A stretch of DNA of 64,000 bases from the human T2T-CHM13v2.0 reference genome, Homo sapiens: NCBI RefSeq assembly GCF_009914755.1, contig NC_060941.1. One strand, written 5' to 3'. Below are positions 56,071 to 64,000 of this stretch, in pieces; the first letter of the stretch is position 1, and every line of letters begins with the position of its first letter. The position numbers and the translations under genes were made by a program. The notes under the pieces were generated by a model. It was not told the origin of the DNA, did no database searches, and saw only the letters and a program-made list of their open reading frames with translations.

Positions 56071-57276
56071 CTCATTGTACTTCTGAGGTGTCTTTGTTCT
56101 CTTTTTAATACCAGGTATATACTGCTGCTCATTCTAAATTTCCTCTTGTCCAACCCAAGTTTAAGAGCCGTAAGTGGCCTATTCTAAGTTTTCTTCCCAT
56201 CCAAGGCTCTATAAGAGGCCATTGCCCCAAACCAAGGGTTTGGAATAGTCAAAGATCCTGCCCAGATGTGATGCCCAGGTGTTCTCAGCCGTGGGTTTGG
56301 GGATGATAGATCTCTAAAACTCTCGAACATCTAGACTTTAAAATTGTCATCCCCTGTGCTGGCTTCCAACCACAGGTTCTGTGCTGCTTCCAGCTCCCTT
56401 CTCTGCTGTTGGAGATTATTTGGGGACTGACTGCGAGGCAAGTGAATGAAATAGATGGCAGAAAAGACAAAGGCCAAAAAATCCGCTGCACCTACTGGCT
56501 TCCCAGATGGTGTCCAAGGGATGAAATAGCTTGAGCCCTGGGCCACACCATATTTCTGTCCTGACTGTAGCTGTTTTGCTAAGGAGCCCGTACTAGCCTT
56601 GGAGGAACAGCTTTCGATGCTGCAAGGAAAGCACAGAGTGGGGATAGCTGATGGGAGTTGTTTCAGTGGTTTAGGCTGACTTGGTGATTCTAGGTATGCC
56701 TTAGGCCAGTGGCTGCTGCTTCTTCTGTACATGAATGTCATGAATGTCTGAGTAGGGAGTGAGAGGTTCATGTAAACCTTTTATGTTGTAGGCCCAGCTG
56801 TGTGGCCATGGGAGGGTGCTTGGCATGATTAGGATGGAAAACTTTTTTGCCTACACTGATCATGCCAGAGCGATTTAATATTTCAATAAGAATTTAAGGG
56901 ATAGACTCATCTTGGAGTCGTCGTCTTGGCCTGTTTTCTCACCAGTGTTTTGGGTGTTTGTCCAAGAGAACTTAAGAGTTCTTAACTGAGTATTTTGGGC
57001 CTGTGGGGGTCAGGAGAACAGCATGTTTTACCTCTACTGAAGGTAGGAGCTACCTTGGCATTTGGGGTGAAGAGATGTGTGGGGTTTCTTAGTGTAGGGG
57101 ATGGTCGTGGAGCCTGGGAGACCTAGATGGCTCAGTTCTTCTAATTTGTTGAGCCTTGGTGCATCCCTCTCTTGGGGTGATGATAATGGTGCCACCTCAG
57201 AGGGCTGTTGAAGATGTGAGATGCATATAGAACACAGCATCTGGCTCGCTGTGAGCTCTCTGGAGAGGTTAGCCAT

Positions 57277-57643
57277 TGAGATGGTTTGGCTGTGTCCCCA
57301 CCCAAATCTCATCTTGAACTGTAGTTCCCATAATCCCCATGTGGAAGGGACCTGGTGGGAGGTAGTTGAATCATGGGGGTAGTTACCTCCATGCTGTTCT
57401 CGTGATAGTGAGTTCTCATGAGATTTGATGGTTCTATAAGGGGCCTTTCCCACCCTTTGCTCTGCACTTCTCCTTGCTGCCAGCATGTGAAGAAGGACAT
57501 GTTTGCTTCTCCTTCCATCATGATTGTAAGTTTCCTGAGGCCTCCTCAGCCCTGCGGAACTGTGAGTCAATTAAACCTCTTCTTTTATAAATGACCCAGT
57601 CTTAGGTATGTCTTTTTTAGCAGCATGAGAACGGACTACTACA
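57277..57643 (+). mobile_element. THE1 (D-like) MaLR solo LTR
   Basis: tgagatggtttggctgtgtccccacccaaatctc...ggactactaca; perfect TSD gccat. Confidence 0.95.
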
Positions 57644-58229
57644 GCCATGATCACTAGCTGAGTGTGCTGCTGGGGTCACCTGCTGTACTCCTGCAGACCT
57701 CAATCTTTACAGAGTAGAAAAATGAAGCCTGATATCCTCATGGGCTCTTTTTGTATATCAGAATCTCCGTCATCTCCCACCCACCAAATTGGTTTGGAGC
57801 AAGCAACCTGACATAAGGAGTATGACCTTCACAAAGTCATGTTGTGTAAGTAGCAGTTTCCCAAACTAGGCAGTGTAAGTGAGAGCTCTAAACCACTTAG
57901 TGGATGAGGGTATACTGATTTTAATTTTTAAAAGTTGAGTTATTATTGGAACATGAAAGAAAGCCTATTTCGCAGAATCAGCCAGTGAGGCATTCCTTCT
58001 TTTGTCAGGATCTTGTAGTTGCTATGTCAATTAATCTGCTTTCTATTTAGGCCATTGAAATAAAGTTATATCTAAAACCTTGAAGTAAGGTACAAAAAGT
58101 CTACAGCTTCCTGGAACACAGCCTAGACGCTGGAGTTAAACAAAAATGGACACAGGGGTCTTAAGACCCCCCAGTAGAATATGCAACACTGCTAGGGTGC
58201 CTTGAAGATCCTTTCAGGTTTGTCTTCTT

Positions 58230-58541
58230 TTTTATCTCTTTATTTTCCTTTTTTTTTTGAGACGGGGTTTCTATTCTGTCGCCCAGGCTGGAGTGTAGTG
58301 GTGCACTCTCAGCTCACTACAACCTCCACTTCCTGGGCTCAAGCAATCCTCTTGCTTCAGCCTCCCAAGTAGCTGAGACTACAGGCATGCACCACCACGC
58401 CCAGCTAATTTTTGTATTTTTAGTAGAGGTGGGGTTTCACCATGTTGGCCAGGTTGGTCTCAAACTCCTGAGCTCAGGTGGTCCGCCCACCTCAGCCTCC
58501 TAAACTGCTGGGATTACAGGCGTGAGCCACCGTGCCCTGCC
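58230..58541 (-). mobile_element. AluS
   Basis: Alu consensus; cctttcag on both flanks. Confidence 0.96.
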
Positions 58542-58649
58542 CCTTTCAGAATCTTCTGAGAATTGTCTTACTGTAATATTCCTTACACATTTGGTTACCG
58601 ACTTTCCCAGTACGTCATTGGAGAAAGCAAAGGCAAAAGGGGGAAGGAG

Positions 58650-58810
58650 AGAAGTAACATTTGTTAAATGCTAACTGTGTGCCAACCACTTGACATGGTG
58701 CATGTTATCCCCATTTTACAGATGGGAACGTAGAGGCTGAGGGAGGTAAAGTAACTTGATTAAGTTTACCCTGCTATGAAGTAATGGAGTTGGGATTTGA
58801 ACCACTAAGG
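58650..58810 (-). mobile_element. MIR
   Basis: ttatccccattttacagatggg...gaggctgagggaggtaaagtaacttg. Confidence 0.8.
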
Positions 58811-58851
58811 AACACACTCAGGTATTGTTAAGTAAAAAAAAAAGGGATAAT

Positions 58852-59152
58852 GATTGAGCACACTGGCTTACGCCTGTAATCCTAACACTTTGGGAGATTG
58901 AGGTGGGTGAATTGCTTCAGCCCAGGAGTTCAAGTCCAGCCTGGGCCATCTGGCAAATCCCTGTCTCAAAAAAAAAAAAAAAAAATACAAAAATTAGCTG
59001 GAGGTGGTGGTACACACCTGTAGTCCCAGCTACTCAGGAGGCTGAGGCAGGAGGATCAATTGAGCCTGGGAAGTTGAGGCTGCACGGAGCCATGATCATG
59101 TTATTGCACTCCAGCCTGGATGACGGAACTACGATAACAACAACAAAACAAA
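58852..59152 (+). mobile_element. AluJ
   Basis: Diverged Alu consensus. Confidence 0.93.
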
Positions 59153-60686
59153 ACACATGATGAATACGCACTGAAAGATCAAATTAGATTCTCTACCTCC
59201 GTTGAAGAAGGTAAAAAAGTATATAGTAGAATCCCTCAGAAATATGAATGGTTAGAATTATTTTTAAAGTTTTGTAAATGTGGGGCAAATTTCTATTTTC
59301 TGGAAAATTCTTCTGGTGGAACACCTTGCTCTCTAAAAGTGCCAGATAAATGAGATTCCGCTTGATTTGAGAGCTAAGTTCTATGTCCAGTTCTTCCTTG
59401 CTGTTATTAAGCAGCAAAGAGAGACCCATGGTTGCACACTGGGAGGCTTTTCTCTTTATCGTTACTGTGTTTATAGACCCGACTCCATCGGGGGTGCTTT
59501 TAAGTAAGTAATTATTTTGGGGCATTGTTGCTCTTTTTCGTTCAGTGCGTAAGTATCACTCTCTACTGCTTTCTGATCTTTTTACTTTTATTTTTATTTT
59601 TATTTTTTAGTACTTCCAAGTGAGAAGGGATGTGGCCTCCCAGCTGGTGTTTGTCAGGGTTACATGGTACATGTGCAGGAAGGGCCACATCAGCAGGCCT
59701 TGAGTAATCCATCCGCAGTCTCGAAGGATGAATCATTCATGAAAGCAGTTTTCCATCCCGCTCACTGGATGCAAGCCTTTCTTGCAAAGTTGATTTCTTT
59801 TGCAAAATTAACCTTTGCTTTCTGCTCCTTGCCCACACAGCTTTTGAAATAGGAAGCCCACAGAGTTGTGTTGTTTTTTTCTAAGTAAGTCTAACGGACT
59901 GGGCATTTGTAACTTCAATTATTACGCAAGGTATTGAATTCCGCCTATGAAATCTATGAAGGTCATTGCCCGTGGACTTAGAAGTGCCTAGCAGAGTTGA
60001 ATGGTATGTGGGCTGTGTGTGTATGATCCATATGGCTGAAGTCGTGGTTCTTACTATTACTATATGATAATGTATATTTTAAAAATAGCTCCTTCAGATT
60101 TTAACTAGTTTTAAAACTCAAAGTATGTGAAAGGGTTTGCATTTGATAGAGGGGGGAAAAGGCATACTTAATATCCAGGGTTGATAAGCGAAGGCGTGCC
60201 ACCTCCTGTAAGTCCACCCCTTTCATCCTTTACCCCCATTTCTCACACTACTTTTTTGGTGTTTTGTGCGTTTTTATTTTTTCCGAATTGCAGCAGTGCA
60301 GACAGGGAGAAGAACTAAAATCACTCTATAGCTGGCCTCTGCTGCTCATTACGTTTTAGTGGGATAAAACCTTGTCTTGCCCTCCTAGTTGGAGAACCAG
60401 CTGAATTGCACCTTTGAATGTTGCTGGGTTTTGTGCCAACCTGCCAGCTGATGGGGCAGACCAGCAGCTTAGTGTCTCCTTTGCTGTGGAAGCAGAACTG
60501 CGTCCCCATTATTTGACAGGCAGGAAACGGTAAGGCTAGCAAAGCGGGGACTGAAGACTTCAGGTGTCCCAGCTCCTACCCCAGAGGTTGGTCGCAGACA
60601 CAGGTTTATAAAACATCAGTATGTGGAGCCACCTTCTCTGAGGTTGTCTTGTTGTGTCTGTTTCTTCCTTAGAAAAGCACATCCCA

Positions 60687-60990
60687 GATGGGCATGATGG
60701 CTCACGCCTGTAATCCCAGCACTTTGGGAGGTTGAGGCGGGTGGATCATTTGAGCCCAGGAGTTGGAGACCAGCCTGGGCGACAAGGCAAAACCCCATCT
60801 CTACAAAAAATACAAAGATTAGCCGGGTGTGATAGCACACGCCTGTAGTTCCAGCTACTCAGGGGAATGAGGCAGGAGAATTGCTTGAGCCCAGGAATTC
60901 GAGGCTGCGGTACGCTATGTTCACGTCACTGCACTCCAGGCTGGGTGAAAAAATGAGACCCCATCTCAAAAAAAAAAAAAAAAAAAGAAA
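60687..60990 (+). mobile_element. AluJ
   Basis: Alu consensus; TSD agaaaa(g/t)cacatccca. Confidence 0.95.
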
Positions 60991-61614
60991 AGAAAATCAC
61001 ATCCCAATCCTAATACTTTTAAAAGTTCATGTGCCAAATTTAATATTCAAGTTGCTAACATGTTATCTGTATGTAAAAAAACCTGTTCTTCTAACCAGAC
61101 TTCTTCCAGACTTGTTTTGATCAGTCTCAACCAGCATATGTCATTGGCACATTTAAGCACAGGTATGTAATTTTTAGCAATAGTGAGATGTTCTATAGTG
61201 GAGTGCCCGTGTCACCTGAGTTGTGGTGAACAGTTTCAAATATCCTTCATTTTCCAGTATTCAAAAATGAGGAAATGACCTCAGATTTCAGTGCTATGAT
61301 AATTCCCCTAGTTATCTCCTAATTCTGTGCTTATTTTGTGTTGCAGCAAGTGAAGCTCAGAGAGCTCGCGTGCTAGGTAGGCACTAAGTGGTAAAAATGA
61401 TGTAACATTTTCTGGGGAAATGTATCCAAAGATCAATTTGTAATAGAAAAACAGTATTCACTGGGCACTTAGGTTTATATTATGATAGCAGATACTTGAG
61501 AACCTTCTTGGCATAGAGGCATTCTGTGGGTTTCATGGTGGCCCATGAGTTAATTGGCAGCTGGAGTGTGAAGTAATTGAAATAATTGACCCCTGAGATA
61601 ATGGGTGTATAGGC

Positions 61615-61720
61615 ACTGGGGTTCCTAACTATCGAGGAGGAGACTGGGGTTCCTAACTACCGAGGAGGAGACTGGGGTTCCTAACTACCGAGGAGGAGAC
61701 TGGGGTTCCTAACTACCGAG
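61615..61720 (+). repeat. 28-bp minisatellite, 3.8 copies
   Basis: Unit actggggttcctaactaccgaggaggag; one substitution in copy 1. Confidence 0.97.
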
Positions 61721-62657
61721 CATGCTTCTATGGGATGTCATTGAGGTGTTTCCTGTTTCCGTGAACAGTGTCTAGTTTTTTCTTTTTTGACCCTCTATTT
61801 TCATCACTTCTAAGATGAGACCTTGGTTGTGGGCAGAGGGTGTGTGATATATTGTTTTAAACGTCGGGTCTGCTTCCCTCTGTTTGAACTCAAGTTGGAC
61901 AGACAAATCCCTTCATGGATGGAAGCTGGCTGGTGCTCTGCGGTTTCTGAGATCAGTGCACAAGGCCAAACCCAGTTTGTCAATAACAGCTTCTTCCTCA
62001 TTGTTTTATGTTTCTAATGAAACAGCTCCTATTTTGTAGTACACAAAGGGGAAATGTGAGGCTGGAAAGCAACATAGGATTCTTCATTCCAGACAGCAGC
62101 CAGTGGGCCCGCTCATGAAAAGTTGATGGTTGTGCTTAATGAGAGAAGAAAAAAGGCATCTAATAGCTAAAGTTTGCCTTAACATAATAATTACTTCCCA
62201 TGTAGCAGTTCCATTTTTCTAATACTTGAATGTCTTATTGTATAAGAAAGCAAGGTACTTATTTATTTTTACAACCTTACATCTAGTTTCTGTGAACGTT
62301 TTCATTGTATAAATTTGTTTCTTTCTCAAAATAGATAAAAGACACCAACCATCTTTTTTAATCTACTGAAGCACATGAATAGTGCTTATGTCCATTTTAG
62401 GATACTTTTTTGTAAGCCATGATATAGGTCTTCCCCACCAATGGTGGCAGCTTCTTTAGAGGCAATTTACAAAAACACGAACACCCCTACCTCCCACCTA
62501 TGGTTTTTGCTTTCTATAAAAATGTTGAATATGTCATAGCTAAGAGGAATGAAATGTCCTCCTGCAGAGAATAAGAATCTCTTATTAAAAGTAGCCCAGA
62601 AGTTTACTGTTGGTGCTTAGAAAATAATTGAAGGATGTGGAAGAAGAATTACAAAGA

Positions 62658-62710
62658 CATGCACACACATGCACGTGCACACATGCAAACACACACACAC
62701 ACACACACAC
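62658..62710. repeat. (CA)n-rich alternating purine/pyrimidine tract
   Basis: Direct reading. Confidence 0.9.
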
Positions 62711-63013
62711 ATTTATGAGTCACTGACTGGCAATCATAATAAATTATTTCCCCAGAATCAATTGTAAGCCTGCAGACTCCAGAGAGGTTGGCTTACCCGG
62801 CCTGGAGCAGTGCTGGGTGGAGTTGTTTACTCTCCTGTGGCAGCCTTAGGGCTCTTGAGGTATATGTGCGCTCTTAGTCCTCTGTTATCTTCTGTCACCG
62901 GGAGACAGGCAACATGTGCACCAGAAACTGCTGCCATGCCTGTCGCCCTGTATAATGTGCAGTTTTTGCTGACTTTTCTCTGAAACCGTAAGAAAAGATC
63001 TAGTGACTAGCTG

Positions 63014-63059
63014 AGTCACTTGAACTATGTGAGTTAAGTCACTTGAACTACACGAGTTA
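63014..63059 (+). repeat. 23-bp tandem duplication
   Basis: agtcacttgaacta(tgt/cac)gagtta twice. Confidence 0.9.
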
Positions 63060-63064
63060 ACTGA

Positions 63065-63440
<376 letters not shown>

Positions 63441-63459
63441 AGTTTGTTTGTTTTGTTTT

Positions 63460-64000
63460 TTTAATTTATTTTTTAGAGCAGTTTTAGGTTCCCAGCAAAA
63501 CTGAGCAGAAGATACAGAGATTTCCCATGTACCTCATTTCTCTGTGCCTGCACAGCATCCCCACTGTCATCATCCCTCACCAGAGTGGTCCATTCATTGC
63601 AGTTGATTAAGCTGCATTGACATTATTATCACCCAAAGTCCACAGTTTATGGAAGAGTTCATTCTTGGTGTATCTTCTGTGAGTTGTGACAAATGTATCA
63701 TCATATACAGCTACTATTCTAGTATCATGCAGGGTATATTTTCACTGCCCTAAAGATCTTCTATGCTCCACCAATAGAAGATCCCTTTTTCTTCCAACCC
63801 TTAGCATCCATTGATCCTTCTATTGTCTCCATGGTTTTGCCTTTTTCAGGATGTCATGTATTTGGAATCCTGCAGCATGTAACCTTTTCAGATTGGCTTC
63901 TTACACTTAGCAATATGCATTTATGTTTTTTCTATGTCTTTTCGTGGCTGGATGGCTCATTTCTGTTTAGTGCTAAATAAGATTCTATCATCTGGATGCA
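63460..64000 (-). mobile_element. L1M (L1MC-like) 3' end, runs off window
   Basis: tttagagcagttttaggttcccagcaaaactgagcagaagatacagagatttccc...ccttttcagattggcttcttacacttagcaatatgcattta. Confidence 0.9.

Noticed and set aside
57034-57570. Longest ORF (178 aa, minus strand)
   Set aside because: Lies in a THE1 LTR and MIR-like flank; similar peptides recur in the other THE1/MST copies
61615-61720. 28-bp repeats as a CRISPR array
   Set aside because: Units are directly adjacent with no unique spacers, and the context is eukaryotic

Overview
This is primate (human-like) genomic DNA with no convincing protein-coding exon, CpG island or full-length RNA gene. It is dense in interspersed repeats: about 31 Alus, L1M/L2/MIR relics, five THE1/MST and three MLT1 solo LTRs, a MER21-type LTR, and DNA transposons (MER47A, MER58A, MADE1, Charlie1). 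The antisense bias of Alus and LINEs and the T-rich + strand suggest a large intron of a gene transcribed on the + strand; I could not identify that gene. I found no evidence of a new multi-gene system. The most notable unexplained items are: (1) a tailless retrocopy of a 5' tRNA-Cys(GCA) half flanked by a 13-bp target-site duplication (TSD) at 44862-44923; (2) a TSD-flanked processed copy of an mRNA 3'UTR at 17985-19530; (3) a ~155-bp inverted duplication (15541-16414) able to form a non-Alu dsRNA stem; (4) a 63-bp direct duplication (3813/4370) whose differences fall almost all at one codon position. Repeat family calls are from recalled consensus sequences, and boundaries without a stated TSD are approximate.
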